Shown: positions 30,127 through 41,238, counted from the first letter of the stretch. The stretch is 64,000 nt of DNA from Candidatus Onthousia faecavium (GCA_018711135.1 DVIS01000031.1:17840-81839), one strand, 5' to 3'. Notes: a model not told the origin generated them from the letters alone. Numbers and translations are program-made.

Positions 30127-31665
30127 TTACAAGTTATGCTCTGTCAAGAACTGTTCTTTATTTATTCGTTCAAATAACATTTCAGGCTCATTTAATTGAT
30201 ATTTATTAGTTTCAAGATACTTGCCATCTTTACGAGCAGTATTTAATTGTCTAAATATCTCTTCACTAGTATTATGAATAGCAAAATCAAAACTAACCGC
30301 ACAAACTCTAATCGCTTCTAACAAGTTATAGATTACTGTTTCTAGTCTCTCTTTGTTATTTTCGTCTTTCGCTAAAATCCAAGGCGTTGTCTCATCAATA
30401 TATTTATTACTAGCTCTTAAAACCTCAAATATAGCTTCAAGACTATTAGCAATTTCTAAATTATCCATTAAGGCTTCTATTTTTTCATCTAAAGCATTTA
30501 TTTTCTCAATAAAGTCATAATCTATATCTTCATATACTCTCTTATTTTCTATTTTACCATCAAAATACTTATTACCCATACTAATCGTCCTTTGAACAAG
30601 ATTACCAAGCGTATTAGCTAAATCATTATTAATGGTCTCAATAACCAATTCATAACTAATATTACCATCATTAGCATAAGGTATTTGTCTTAATAAGTAA
30701 TAACGTATCGCATCAACACCAAATAAATTAACTAATTGATCAGCATATATTACATTACCTTTACTTTTACTCATTTTATCGTTATTAGTTAATAACCATG
30801 GATGACCAAATATCTTCTTTGGTAATGGTAAGTCAAGAGCCATTAAAATTATAGGCCAATATATTGTATGAAAACGTAAAATATCTTTACCAATCAAATG
30901 CAAATCACAAGGCCATAACTCTTTAAATTTTTGACTTGACCCATCAGGATCATAACCAATAAACGTAATATAGTTAGTTAAAGCATCAATCCAAACATAA
31001 ATAACATGTTTAGGATCAAAAGTTACCGGAATACTCCATTTAAATGAGGTTCTTGTCACACACAAATCCTGTAAACCAGTTTTAAGAAAATTATTAATCA
31101 TTTCATTTTTTCTAGATACAGGTTGAATAAAATCAGGATGTTCCTCTATATATTTTAAAAGTCTATCTTGATACTTACTCATTCTAAAGAAATAAGCTTC
31201 TTCTTTTTGCTTCTCAACTGCTCTTCCACAATCAGGACATTTTCCATCTACAAGTTGACTATCGGTAAAATAAGCTTCACATGGCATACAATACCATCCC
31301 TCATAATAGTCTTTATAGATATCTCCTTGTTCATACAATTTATTAAAGATTTTCTGAACTATTTCTTCATGATGTTTATCTGTCGTTCTTACAAATGCAT
31401 CATAACTAGTATCCATTAAATCCCAAGTGTTTTTTATTTCTTTAGCTACTTTATCTACAAACTCTTGTGGTTCAATCCCCGCTTCTTTTGCTTTAGTTTC
31501 AATTTTTAAACCATGTTCATCTGTTCCTGTTTGAAAGTAAACATCATATCCTTTATTTCTCTTATATCTAGCAATCGCATCTGCTAAAACAACCTCATAA
31601 GTATTTCCAATATGTGGTTTTGCTGATGTATATGTTATCGCCGTCGTAATATAATATTTTGTCAT
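30127..31665 (-). CDS. metG: methionyl-tRNA synthetase (short form)
   Basis: HIGN (KPHIGNTYE) and KMSKS motifs, CPDCG zinc knuckle. Start placed at ATG 31665, which has an AGGAGG RBS. Confidence 0.9.
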   Translation of the reverse strand: MTKYYITTAITYTSAKPHIGNTYEVVLADAIARYKRNKGYDVYFQTGTDEHGLKIETKAKEAGIEPQEFVDKVAKEIKNTWDLMDTSYDAFVRTTDKHHEEIVQKIFNKLYEQGDIYKDYYEGWYCMPCEAYFTDSQLVDGKCPDCGRAVEKQKEEAYFFRMSKYQDRLLKYIEEHPDFIQPVSRKNEMINNFLKTGLQDLCVTRTSFKWSIPVTFDPKHVIYVWIDALTNYITFIGYDPDGSSQKFKELWPCDLHLIGKDILRFHTIYWPIILMALDLPLPKKIFGHPWLLTNNDKMSKSKGNVIYADQLVNLFGVDAIRYYLLRQIPYANDGNISYELVIETINNDLANTLGNLVQRTISMGNKYFDGKIENKRVYEDIDYDFIEKINALDEKIEALMDNLEIANSLEAIFEVLRASNKYIDETTPWILAKDENNKERLETVIYNLLEAIRVCAVSFDFAIHNTSEEIFRQLNTARKDGKYLETNKYQLNEPEMLFERINKEQFLTEHNL

Positions 31666-31699
31666 TTCTAATTCCTCCTTAACAAAACAAAAAATTATT

Positions 31700-31925
31700 G
31701 CAAACAAAGGACGAGTATTCCCGCGGTACCACCTTTTTTCACAATAATTTTGTGCCCTTTATTAATTAACGCTTAATAACGTCCATATTTACATATCAAT
31801 ATGAAAGTTCAAGAGCCATAATTTATAATTATCATCGCTTCATTTCCACCAACTAGAAGTCTCTCCAACTAAATAACTATAAACCTCTCCATCAAAACTT
31901 TTAATAACCAAATTTTACCATGATT
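31700..31925 (-). promoter_or_regulatory. T-box leader upstream of metG
   Basis: minus-strand AAAAAAGGUGGUACCGCGGG (plus 31720-31733 is CCCGCGGTACCACC) matches the conserved T-box sequence, 35-50 nt upstream of the metG RBS. Confidence 0.55.
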
Positions 31926-31929
31926 ATAA

Positions 31930-32472
31930 TTATTCTTCAAGATATTTTCCTAAAAAACTAGCAATTATCTGTACTAAATGTTCATCTTCCTCTGTAAAAA
32001 TTCTTGCATCATCTATTATCATCAAAACTAAACCTAACGCTTCCCCATCTGCTAAAATAGGACTAACAATATAATTATAATTCAGATTATCTGTTGTGTT
32101 TGTATCTAAAAGTTCTTTAATAGTTCCACTACTTTTTAACATACTATCATTAGCAAACAAATACTCCTCAATTTCATTAGAAATATTAAATCCTAAGAAA
32201 TTCTTTTTTAGTTCTCCACTTCCAGCAATAAACTTATCTCTATCGGTCACAAAGATACTTTTTTTAATAGTCCTATAAATAGTATCTAGAAGATCTTGAG
32301 AGATATTTGAAAGATCTGCACTAGTAGAAAATTTTTTTAACGTAATAGCTTCTTTATCAACAAAAAATTCTAACGACTCTCCATCCCTAATTCTAAGAGT
32401 TTTTCTAATCTCTTTAGGAATAACTATTCTTCCTAAATCATCAATCCTTCTTACTACACCTGTTGTTTTCAT
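31930..32472 (-). CDS. spoVT: stage V sporulation protein T (AbrB-N plus GAF)
   Basis: MKTTGVVRRIDDLGRIVIPKEIRKTLRIRDGE SpoVT/AbrB swapped-hairpin N-domain, 180 aa. Confidence 0.8.
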   Translation of the reverse strand: MKTTGVVRRIDDLGRIVIPKEIRKTLRIRDGESLEFFVDKEAITLKKFSTSADLSNISQDLLDTIYRTIKKSIFVTDRDKFIAGSGELKKNFLGFNISNEIEEYLFANDSMLKSSGTIKELLDTNTTDNLNYNYIVSPILADGEALGLVLMIIDDARIFTEEDEHLVQIIASFLGKYLEE

Positions 32473-32619
32473 TATACGCTCCTTCCTTTTCAGTAGTTAT
32501 TGTTCCAATATCTGCCCATTTTATACCATCTAAATAAAACTATCTATTGATATTATAAACATAAGAAGGAACTTTTTTCTTTGGTAATTATTACCAATTG
32601 AAAAATAAAGAAAACTCAT

Positions 32620-33249
32620 CTAATCAAATAGATGAGAATTTTCTGTCGTAAATATAAATCTATCAAGATATTCTTTTAAACTATTAAGTAAAATTGTATC
32701 TTTAACTATTAGTTTCATTTCTAATAATTCTAAAAATTGTTTAACATAAGTTACTTGCAAGAACCTTATCATTTCTTTTTTATATTTAGGTTCAATTTCA
32801 CTATTTATATTATCAATCTTACTAACCAATTCTTTATTTATTAAGTCCAAAACTAACTCTTTACTTTCTTTTTTTATTTCTTTATCGAACTTAACTAACT
32901 CTTTTTTTAACTCTTTTACTAAATTAAGTGATTTATCATCTTCAATTTTTTCTATATGTTTAGAAACAAACTTTTTTCTTTTATCACCTATTTTTATAAA
33001 TTTTTCTTTAAGTTTATCTTTATAATTAGATAACAACTGATTTAAAACATCTGTCTTAAGAATTAAATTATTAGCTTTTGCCACACTTAAAAATCTACTC
33101 TTAATAATATCCATCGCTTCCAACGGAGGATCAATAATACCAGTTATTACATCATCCTCTATTAATGAATTCGTATTATTATTAACTAATTCACCACTAG
33201 CTGAAATAAAGATTCTTTTATGCTCATTTAACATATCTTGTTCTGTCAT
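32620..33249 (-). CDS. hypothetical protein
   Basis: 209 aa, Lys/Glu-rich helical, no motif recognised. Confidence 0.35.
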   Translation of the reverse strand: MTEQDMLNEHKRIFISASGELVNNNTNSLIEDDVITGIIDPPLEAMDIIKSRFLSVAKANNLILKTDVLNQLLSNYKDKLKEKFIKIGDKRKKFVSKHIEKIEDDKSLNLVKELKKELVKFDKEIKKESKELVLDLINKELVSKIDNINSEIEPKYKKEMIRFLQVTYVKQFLELLEMKLIVKDTILLNSLKEYLDRFIFTTENSHLFD

Positions 33250-33306
33250 TTTTTATCCTCCAACTCTATAGTAAGAATAACAGTAACTAAATCTTTAGTC
33301 AAGTCA

Positions 33307-36300
33307 CTATTTTTTCATACTAGATAATAATGCTACTAAATAGTAAATAGGATGTTTGTCAAGTTTAACGATATCTAATATGATAGTTAAATCATTAAGA
33401 TTACTCTTAAATCTAAACATTGGTGTGATATTATAAGCATCTACAAATAATTCTTCTGTATTTAATAGTTTTGTTATTTCTCTATCAAAGTAAAGTTCAA
33501 TAGAGTTCTTAGTCTCTCTTACTTTTGTAACTTTTACCTCTTTAACTAATTTCTCAAACCATTCTTCATACATATAAATAATAAGACTATCATCAAGCCG
33601 CCCAAACCTATCTTCTAAATCACTCTTAACCTCTTCTAATTTCTCCTTACTATCAATTTCATTAATCATACGATGAATTAATATTTTCAAATCATTATCA
33701 CTAACATAATCGTCACTAATATGAGTAGATACATTTAATAAAGTATTATTACCTGTATCTTCATCATCTTCTTGTTCCCTAACATTTCCTTTCAAATAAT
33801 TAACCTCTTCATCAAGCATCTTTAAATACATATCTATTCCTACACTATCAATAAAACCAGCTTGCTTACTACCTAAAATATCTCCAGCTCCTCTTATTGA
33901 TAAATCACGTGTTGCAATAGAAAAACCACTACCTAATTCTGTAAATTCCTTAATAACATTAAGTCTTTTAACAGCTGTTTCTGTTAAAACTTTTCGATCA
34001 TTATACATTAAATAACAATACGCTATTTTATTACTTCTTCCAACTCTTCCTCTTATTTGATATAACTGACTAAGGCCAAAATGATCAGCATCAATTATAA
34101 TCAATGTATTTACATTTGGTATATCTATACCTGTTTCAATAATTGTTGTACACACTAAGACATCCGCTTCATGATTAATAAACGATTGCATTACATCTTC
34201 TATCTGCGTTTTATCCATCTGTCCATGGGCGTAAGTTATTTTTGCAAGAGGTACCAAATCTTCCAGAAAAGCTACCTCTTTTTCTATTTCCATTACATTA
34301 TTAAAGAGAAGAAACACTTGACCATTTCTCGATATTTCTTTTAAAATTGCTTCTTTGACTAACTGCTTATTATAAGCAATAACATAAGTCTGAATTGGAT
34401 ATCTTTGAGCAGGTGGTGTTTGAATCAAAGAAAGACTTCTAAGTCCCACAATAGACATCTGTAATGTCCTAGGAATAGGCGTCGCTGTCAAAGTTAAAAC
34501 ATCAATATTATTTTTATACTGTTTTATTTTTTCCTTATGTCTAACCCCAAATCTTTGCTCTTCATCAATAATTAATAATCCCAAATCCTTAGGTTTAATA
34601 TCATCACTTAAAATTCTATGCGTCCCAATAACCAAATCAATCGTACCATTTTTTAATTCTTCTAAGATCCTTCTTTGTTCTTTAGGACTTGTAAATCGAT
34701 TTAATAACCCAATATTAACTGGAAAATTTTTAAATCGTTCTAAAGCATTTTTATAATGTTGACTAGCCAAAATAGTAGTAGGACATAAAAATAATACTTG
34801 TTTACCCGCTAAAACCGCTTTAAATACAGCTCTAAAAGCAACCTCAGTCTTACCAAAACCAACATCACCTACTAACAATCTATCCATTGGGCTTTCTTTT
34901 TCCATATCTTCTTTTATTTGTTTAGCAGCAAGCAATTGATCATTAGTCGCTTTGTATGGAAAAGCATTCTCAAACTCCCTTTGCATCTCATTATCTTTAG
35001 GAAAAGCAAACCCCTTTCTTCGTTCTCTTTCCGCCTGTACTCTAAGTAAGTCACTAGCCATATCCTGAACTTTACTCCGAACTCTACTCTTTACCTTTTC
35101 CCATTCTTTCCCCCCAAGCTTATAAATAGTAGGTCTAACCCCTTCTTTACCTGTATATTTATAAAGCAAATCAATCTTTTCTACTGGTATATATAACTTA
35201 TCATTCCCTTGATATAATACCTCTAAATAATCTTTTAAGACCCCTTGCTGACTTAAAGTCTTAAGCCCATTATATATACCAATACCATGTACTTGATGCA
35301 CAACATAATCTCCAACCTCTAATTTATTTAAGTCAGTAATCTTTGAACTATATTTAAATTTTGTCTTATATCTTTTAGATGTCTCTTGACTTTTAAATAA
35401 CTCTCTCGCCGTCAAAAAGACGATATTTTTATAAACAAAGCCTTTACTCATTTCAAATTCAACTAAATTAAGTTGTTTTTCATAAATATTATCCAAAGAA
35501 CTATCTACTAATGGTAAATTAATTTTTCTTCTAAAACTATTTAATTGATAACTTTTCAAACAGACAATAACTGTATAATTTTTATATAACATTTCTCTAA
35601 TATATTTAACAATACTATCTATATCATCATTAAATAAAGGTGGGGTTATACTATTATAATTAATAACTTTTAAATAATTATCAAGATTATCAACACTAAG
35701 ATAATTAATGATTTTACTACTATCAAGTTCTTCAAACGAAAACATATATTTACCTTTAAAATCTATATCTTTGTCTGTCTGATACTCTAGTATATCTTCA
35801 CATATATTTTTATAATTAACTAACAAAGAACTTTTATCTTTATATATAGTCACTAAATTATTTAAATAATTACCAATATTACCCACATTTGTATAAAAAG
35901 GTAAATATTTACTTTTACGTTCGTCTAAAGGAATATCTTTATCTAAAGAAAATACCTCTGTATAAGGATAAACATTAACAGAATTTATCCCCGCTAAAGA
36001 CTTTTGATTATTAGGATCAAAATATCTAATTGATTCGATAAAATCTCCAAAGAATTCTATTCTAATTGGATAATCTTCTCCCACTAAAAAAACATCAATA
36101 ACAAACCCTCTTACTCCAATTTCACCTGTCTTTGTAACTAAACTAGTTCTCTCATATCCTAAATTAATTAATTTACCAACCAACTCTTTAGGCGCAATTT
36201 CCATATCTTTTTTTAATTGTATTCTTGCCTTTAAAAACTCTTCTTTAAAAGGCAAAAAGCGTAAATACCCCATTAAATTAGTAATTACAACACTCTTATC

Positions 36301-36594
36301 TTTCCCACTAATCTCTTTTAAAGTCTCTAATCTATTAACCATTAAATCTGGACTTATTGCCATCGCTTCACTAGTCAAAAAATCATCCATAGGAAACAAA
36401 TAAACATTATCTGTATAATTACTAATACTATGATACAAATTATTAGCTTCTACTAAACTAGATGTAACAATTAAAACACTATTATTATTTTCTAACAACT
36501 TATTTACATAAATGGAAAAAAGCTCTTCTGTCATCCCGGTAAGAGCTACATTCTCTGTATAAATTTTATCAAACATATTAGCAAATAAATTCAT
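33307..36594 (-). CDS. mfd: transcription-repair coupling factor
   Basis: 1095 aa with a DEAD/DEAH helicase module (GDVGFGKTEVA, DEEQRFG) and a TRCF domain. Confidence 0.9.
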   Translation of the reverse strand: MNLFANMFDKIYTENVALTGMTEELFSIYVNKLLENNNSVLIVTSSLVEANNLYHSISNYTDNVYLFPMDDFLTSEAMAISPDLMVNRLETLKEISGKDKSVVITNLMGYLRFLPFKEEFLKARIQLKKDMEIAPKELVGKLINLGYERTSLVTKTGEIGVRGFVIDVFLVGEDYPIRIEFFGDFIESIRYFDPNNQKSLAGINSVNVYPYTEVFSLDKDIPLDERKSKYLPFYTNVGNIGNYLNNLVTIYKDKSSLLVNYKNICEDILEYQTDKDIDFKGKYMFSFEELDSSKIINYLSVDNLDNYLKVINYNSITPPLFNDDIDSIVKYIREMLYKNYTVIVCLKSYQLNSFRRKINLPLVDSSLDNIYEKQLNLVEFEMSKGFVYKNIVFLTARELFKSQETSKRYKTKFKYSSKITDLNKLEVGDYVVHQVHGIGIYNGLKTLSQQGVLKDYLEVLYQGNDKLYIPVEKIDLLYKYTGKEGVRPTIYKLGGKEWEKVKSRVRSKVQDMASDLLRVQAERERRKGFAFPKDNEMQREFENAFPYKATNDQLLAAKQIKEDMEKESPMDRLLVGDVGFGKTEVAFRAVFKAVLAGKQVLFLCPTTILASQHYKNALERFKNFPVNIGLLNRFTSPKEQRRILEELKNGTIDLVIGTHRILSDDIKPKDLGLLIIDEEQRFGVRHKEKIKQYKNNIDVLTLTATPIPRTLQMSIVGLRSLSLIQTPPAQRYPIQTYVIAYNKQLVKEAILKEISRNGQVFLLFNNVMEIEKEVAFLEDLVPLAKITYAHGQMDKTQIEDVMQSFINHEADVLVCTTIIETGIDIPNVNTLIIIDADHFGLSQLYQIRGRVGRSNKIAYCYLMYNDRKVLTETAVKRLNVIKEFTELGSGFSIATRDLSIRGAGDILGSKQAGFIDSVGIDMYLKMLDEEVNYLKGNVREQEDDEDTGNNTLLNVSTHISDDYVSDNDLKILIHRMINEIDSKEKLEEVKSDLEDRFGRLDDSLIIYMYEEWFEKLVKEVKVTKVRETKNSIELYFDREITKLLNTEELFVDAYNITPMFRFKSNLNDLTIILDIVKLDKHPIYYLVALLSSMKK

Positions 36595-36608
36595 TTAACT
36601 TACCCCTA

Positions 36609-37169
36609 TCAATGTCTATTATATTTACTCATTAAAGTCTGAAAATCCAAAACAAAATAATCATCTAGAACTTTATTGAGTATTAAAAACTCTTCTTCTA
36701 ATATCTCTTTTTCCTGTTTAGAAAATCCTGAAAGTACATAATCTATAATATTATCAGTATTATTAGAAATACCAACTCTAAGTCGTTTAAATTCATCTGT
36801 ATTTAAATAAGAAATAATACTTTTTAAGCCATTATGTCCTCCACTACTACCTTTAGGACGCAATCTAAATTTACCTAATTCTAAATCTAAATCATCACTA
36901 ACAATTAAAATATCCTTAGGAGCAATCTTGTAAAAATTGACAAACTTACTAACTGCTATCCCAGAATTATTCATATAAGTTAAAGGTTTAACAAAAATAA
37001 CTTTTTCACTATGAATATTAGTCTCTAAATATAAAGCCTCAAACTTTTCTTTATATTTCTCTTTAATACCCCTATTATCTAAATAATTATCTATAACCAT
37101 AAATCCCATATTATGCCTTGTATTTTCATACTTTTTTGTAGGATTACCAAGCCCAACAATTAATTTCAC
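36609..37169 (-). CDS. pth: peptidyl-tRNA hydrolase
   Basis: MKLIVGLGNPTKKYENTRHN... Pth family N-terminus, 186 aa. Confidence 0.9.
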   Translation of the reverse strand: MKLIVGLGNPTKKYENTRHNMGFMVIDNYLDNRGIKEKYKEKFEALYLETNIHSEKVIFVKPLTYMNNSGIAVSKFVNFYKIAPKDILIVSDDLDLELGKFRLRPKGSSGGHNGLKSIISYLNTDEFKRLRVGISNNTDNIIDYVLSGFSKQEKEILEEEFLILNKVLDDYFVLDFQTLMSKYNRH

Positions 37170-37221
37170 CCAATCACCTCTTTGAAATCAATAATCTAAA
37201 TACATTCTATTTAAGTCAAAA

Positions 37222-37241
37222 ATTATTTCCCGGGAAATAAT
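37222..37241. repeat. palindromic element ATTATTTCCCGGGAAATAAT (copy 6), overlapping the rsmI stop
   Basis: exact 20-bp palindrome; on the minus strand followed by TTTTTG; likely bidirectional terminator. Confidence 0.7.
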
Positions 37242-38074
37242 TATCTATTATTATCAAGATATTCTTTATAAACAATAGACTTAGGAATACCTCTTTCTTT
37301 AGCTACTAACTTAATCGCTTCATTTTTTGTATTACCATCTTCTATATAGAAATTAACATGATCAACGATACTCATACTATTAAAATTAAATTCTAATTTA
37401 GCACCTTCTACTACTATAACAAACTCTCCTTTTAATTCAAATTTGCTATCTAAAATTTCATTAATACTACCTCTAATCGCTTCTTCATATTTTTTAGAAA
37501 TTTCTCTAGCTAAACAAATTTTTCTATCGCCAAATATTTCTTTAATATTTAAAAGGGTAGCTAAAATACGATGTGGTGCTTCATAAAAAATAATTGTAAA
37601 AGGATAATTCTTTAAATTCGTTAACTCCTTTTTCCGTCTAGTCTCTTTTGCATTAAGAAAACCATAAAATAGAAAAGGTAAAGGTGATAATGTTGACATT
37701 GTAAGAGCAGGAACAAAAGCTGTAGGACCAGGCAAACTAATAATTTCATAACCCTTAGATACTATATAACTCGTTATTCTATATCCAGGATCACTAATTA
37801 AAGGTGTACCTTGATCAGTAACTAAACCTACATTAAAGCCCCCAACTAAATAAGATAAAACTCTATCTTTCATTTTCTCTTCGTTAAATTCATGACAACT
37901 AACTAATTTATTTTTAATATTGTATTTATCTAATAGCTTTTTCGTTTCTCTTGTATCTTCACAAAGAATTATATCAACAGTTTCTAGTACTTTTAAAGCT
38001 CTTATTGTAATATCATCTAAATTACCAAGTGGTGTTGGTATCAAATATAAACTAGGTCTATCTCTATCCATCAC
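37241..38074 (-). CDS. rsmI: 16S rRNA 2'-O-methyltransferase RsmI
   Basis: tetrapyrrole-methylase fold with LYLIPTPLGNLDDITIRALKVL N-terminus. Confidence 0.8.
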   Translation of the reverse strand: MMDRDRPSLYLIPTPLGNLDDITIRALKVLETVDIILCEDTRETKKLLDKYNIKNKLVSCHEFNEEKMKDRVLSYLVGGFNVGLVTDQGTPLISDPGYRITSYIVSKGYEIISLPGPTAFVPALTMSTLSPLPFLFYGFLNAKETRRKKELTNLKNYPFTIIFYEAPHRILATLLNIKEIFGDRKICLAREISKKYEEAIRGSINEILDSKFELKGEFVIVVEGAKLEFNFNSMSIVDHVNFYIEDGNTKNEAIKLVAKERGIPKSIVYKEYLDNNR

Positions 38075-38762
38075 AATCTTCCTTTCCTACCATTAACGGA
38101 GCCATTACTTTTAATCCCTGCTCTTTCCCATTTTTACGAGCTTCAAGTAAAAATAATTTAGCTGGCTTCTCCATATCATGATATATAAACTGTACTCTTT
38201 TAATCGCTAAACCATATTGTTTAAGCAAATCCCTTATCTCAAAAAATCTTTCAACTCTTTGAATTAAAAAAAGTCCTCCTCCATTTTTTAAAATCTTATT
38301 AGCATTACTAACTACATCTTCCATAGTTAACGATAAATCATGGCGAGCAATTTTTTTAGCATTTTTAGAACTTACCTGACTTTCATTTTCTAACGTAAAA
38401 TATGGAGGATTACAAACGACAATATCAACGCTATTTATCTCAAAGTATTCCCTTACATTTTGAACATAATCATTAATTAATGTTATTTTTTCCTCCAAGT
38501 TATTCTCTTTAATAGAATTTAATGCTAAAGAATATGCTTTTTTATCACATTCTATACCTACTATTTTAAGATTATAATCACTCATTAACAAAGGAATTAT
38601 TCCTAAACCGCACCCAAATTCTACTAAAGTTTTATCTTTAACAAGAACTCTTATAAATTTTACTAATGATAAATTATCAGTCGTAACTTTAAAATATTCA
38701 TCATCATAATAAAAAGTAATATCTTTACCATTGTAAGTATAAACTGTTTTCTTATTATTCAT
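38064..38762 (-). CDS. SAM-dependent methyltransferase (YabB/TrmN6-like)
   Basis: VEFGCGLGIIPL motif I and NPPYF motif IV. Confidence 0.6.
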   Translation of the reverse strand: MNNKKTVYTYNGKDITFYYDDEYFKVTTDNLSLVKFIRVLVKDKTLVEFGCGLGIIPLLMSDYNLKIVGIECDKKAYSLALNSIKENNLEEKITLINDYVQNVREYFEINSVDIVVCNPPYFTLENESQVSSKNAKKIARHDLSLTMEDVVSNANKILKNGGGLFLIQRVERFFEIRDLLKQYGLAIKRVQFIYHDMEKPAKLFLLEARKNGKEQGLKVMAPLMVGKEDCDG

Positions 38763-39528
38763 TAACCTTTAACTCCACTACACCCTTATTTTTTGTTTCC
38801 ACTTTATAAGTCTTATTAAATACATTTACCTCAATAACTTTACCTAACCCTTCAGAGGTTTCAACTAAATTACCAATATTAGGCAAATTCTTTTTTAATT
38901 CTGTATAAACATCATCTTCATAATTTAAACAACATAAAAGTCTACCACATAAACCATTTATCTTACTGGGATTAAGAGCTAAAAACTGATTCTTAGCCAT
39001 ATTTATTGATACACTAGCAAATTCAGTCAAAAACTGATTACAACACAAAAATAATCCACAAGGCCCAAGCCCTCCCACTTTTCTAGCTCTGTCTCTAACT
39101 CCAATTTGTCTTAATTCTATTCTCGTTTTATATTTCTGTGCCAATACTTTAGCAAGTTCTCTAAAATCAACTCTACTATCAGCCACATAAGATATAAACA
39201 ATTGCTTTCTATCTAACGTATAAAAAGAACTAATAAAACGCATTTCAAGGCCTAAATTATTAGCTTTATCTTGAGCATAAAGAAGTACATCGCCACTTTC
39301 AGTGAGATTTCTCTTATTTTGCTCCAAATCCCGTGCCGTTGCTACTCTTACAAAAGTAGTATTATATAAAGGATCATTCTCTTCTAAAACATCTATAACT
39401 GTCGCTAATTTATATAACGAATTATCAGCAACAATTACTTTTGTGCCAATCTTCATAGTTAACGAACAAGCAACTTTATCATAGTTATTAAACAATTCAC
39501 TATCATAACTTATTTTTAATATTTGCAA
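38755..39528 (-). CDS. ricT: PSP1-domain protein RicT/YaaT
   Basis: PSP1 C-terminal domain with conserved Cys (GLCGRLLCC); located next to holB as in Bacillus. Confidence 0.7.
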   Translation of the reverse strand: MQILKISYDSELFNNYDKVACSLTMKIGTKVIVADNSLYKLATVIDVLEENDPLYNTTFVRVATARDLEQNKRNLTESGDVLLYAQDKANNLGLEMRFISSFYTLDRKQLFISYVADSRVDFRELAKVLAQKYKTRIELRQIGVRDRARKVGGLGPCGLFLCCNQFLTEFASVSINMAKNQFLALNPSKINGLCGRLLCCLNYEDDVYTELKKNLPNIGNLVETSEGLGKVIEVNVFNKTYKVETKNKGVVELKVNE

Positions 39529-39531
39529 TAT

Positions 39532-40371
39532 CTACACCTCCATCAAAGAAAGCAACAATTGATCAATCCATAATTTCATATTAACATTATAATTCAACTT
39601 ATTCAAGCTTTCTTCAAAAACAGCTATAATTGAAACAAGTTCTTCCAAACTATTTTCCTTTTTCAATTTAGAATTGCTACTTATATTAAGCAAATTAGTA
39701 TAATATAATAAAGCTTTTTTTACACTCTCAACCGTCCTCTCTTTATCCTTAAAAATTTCCTTAATATAGATATTAAAGTTTAATAGCAAATCATTTTCTT
39801 TTCTTTTAGCAATATCATCAAAGAAAGCAAGCATATCTTCGCTAAAAGCAACCTGTAAGTTACTTTCAAATTGTAAACTAATAATCTGACACCTCGACCT
39901 AATTGTATCTAAAACATTATATTGGTTATTAGTAACTAAAATAGCAATTATATCCTCATTAGGCTCTTCCAAAAATTTTAAAATTGTGTTCGCGGCACTA
40001 GCATTCATTTTAGAAGTACTATAAACAACATATACTTGTTTGGTACCATAAACAGATTTATTAGCAAAAAGCTCTTTTATATTAAGCAATTGTTCTTTTT
40101 TTATTTGATTATTTACAGGTTCAATCTCCACATAGTCAGGATATTCATTTTTCTCCACCAGATATAATATTTTCTCTAAAGGCAAAGTAACCTTTTCATC
40201 ATAAGTACCTTCATATATTTTTTTAACCAAAAAAAGAATGTAATCTCTAACTACATTTTTATCATTATTATTTGTTTCAACTAAATAAGCATGTGACAAA
40301 CTATTATGCAAAAAAATATTTGTTACTTGCTTATAATAATTAGGTTGTCTATTCTTTACTGCTAAATCCAT
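39532..40371 (-). CDS. holB: DNA polymerase III delta-prime subunit
   Basis: 279 aa; N-terminal motif HAYL; synteny dnaX...holB. Confidence 0.65.
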   Translation of the reverse strand: MDLAVKNRQPNYYKQVTNIFLHNSLSHAYLVETNNNDKNVVRDYILFLVKKIYEGTYDEKVTLPLEKILYLVEKNEYPDYVEIEPVNNQIKKEQLLNIKELFANKSVYGTKQVYVVYSTSKMNASAANTILKFLEEPNEDIIAILVTNNQYNVLDTIRSRCQIISLQFESNLQVAFSEDMLAFFDDIAKRKENDLLLNFNIYIKEIFKDKERTVESVKKALLYYTNLLNISSNSKLKKENSLEELVSIIAVFEESLNKLNYNVNMKLWIDQLLLSLMEV

Positions 40372-40411
40372 TATTTTCTCCTAAAATTAATTTAATATTA
40401 TTCTATCCAGT

Positions 40412-40597
40412 CTAAAAGACGAGTACTTTAAGTAAAACTAAAACAAAAAGCATTGGAAATCCTAAAACACTAACTGCACCTATTGTAATATAGTTAATTG
40501 GTATAACCAAATTAAATCTAGTTGCAATCAAGTTATAACCATATAAAACAAATGCACTTATTATAATTCTTTTTACTATTTGCCATATTCTTTTCAT
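40412..40597 (-). CDS. bofA: BofA-like small membrane protein
   Basis: 61 aa, 2 TM; VIPINYITIGAVSVLGFPM resembles BofA HVPINLVTTAISGILGIPG; position after recR as in Bacillus. Confidence 0.45.
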   Translation of the reverse strand: MKRIWQIVKRIIISAFVLYGYNLIATRFNLVIPINYITIGAVSVLGFPMLFVLVLLKVLVF

Positions 40598-40641
40598 ATT
40601 AGTATCAACACCCAGTAAATAATATGCTTATAGTTAAAAAA

Positions 40642-41238
40642 TTAGACTATCTCTTTACGATCTTCTAAAGCCCTTTCTAAAGTTAAAGTATCTATATATT
40701 CCATATCAGCACCAATCGGAACACCACTAGCAAGTCTCGATACTATTACATCTAACCCCTCTAGAATTTTTTTAATATATAAAGCTGTTATTTCACCTTC
40801 CACACTTGGTTTAAATGCTAAAATAACCTCTTTTATTTTTTTATTTTTAATTCGATCTAACAATTTATCAAGACCAATATCTTCTGGATTAACATCATCT
40901 AACGGAGAAATTAGACCATTAATAACATGGTAAAGCCCTTTATATGTCCCTAATCTCTCAAAAAGAAAAACAATCTTTGAATCTTCAACCACACAAATTG
41001 TCTCTTTATCTCTTTGTGTTGATTCACAAATAGAACATTTATCTTTATCTGTAAGTGTGTTACAAATTTCACAAGGATGAATATTATCTTTAACTGCTTG
41101 TAAGTTTTCTTCTAACATAGCAAACTTTTCTTCATCAAAACCTAAAACAGAAAAAGCCATTCTTTCTGCTGTTTTTTCACCTATTCCAGGAAAATTTTGA
41201 AAACTTTCAATGAGATTTTTTAGACTATCTGGATACAT
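40642..41238 (-). CDS. recR: recombination protein RecR
   Basis: HhH motif, C4 zinc finger (CEICNTLTDKDKCSIC), Toprim. Confidence 0.9.
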   Translation of the reverse strand: MYPDSLKNLIESFQNFPGIGEKTAERMAFSVLGFDEEKFAMLEENLQAVKDNIHPCEICNTLTDKDKCSICESTQRDKETICVVEDSKIVFLFERLGTYKGLYHVINGLISPLDDVNPEDIGLDKLLDRIKNKKIKEVILAFKPSVEGEITALYIKKILEGLDVIVSRLASGVPIGADMEYIDTLTLERALEDRKEIV

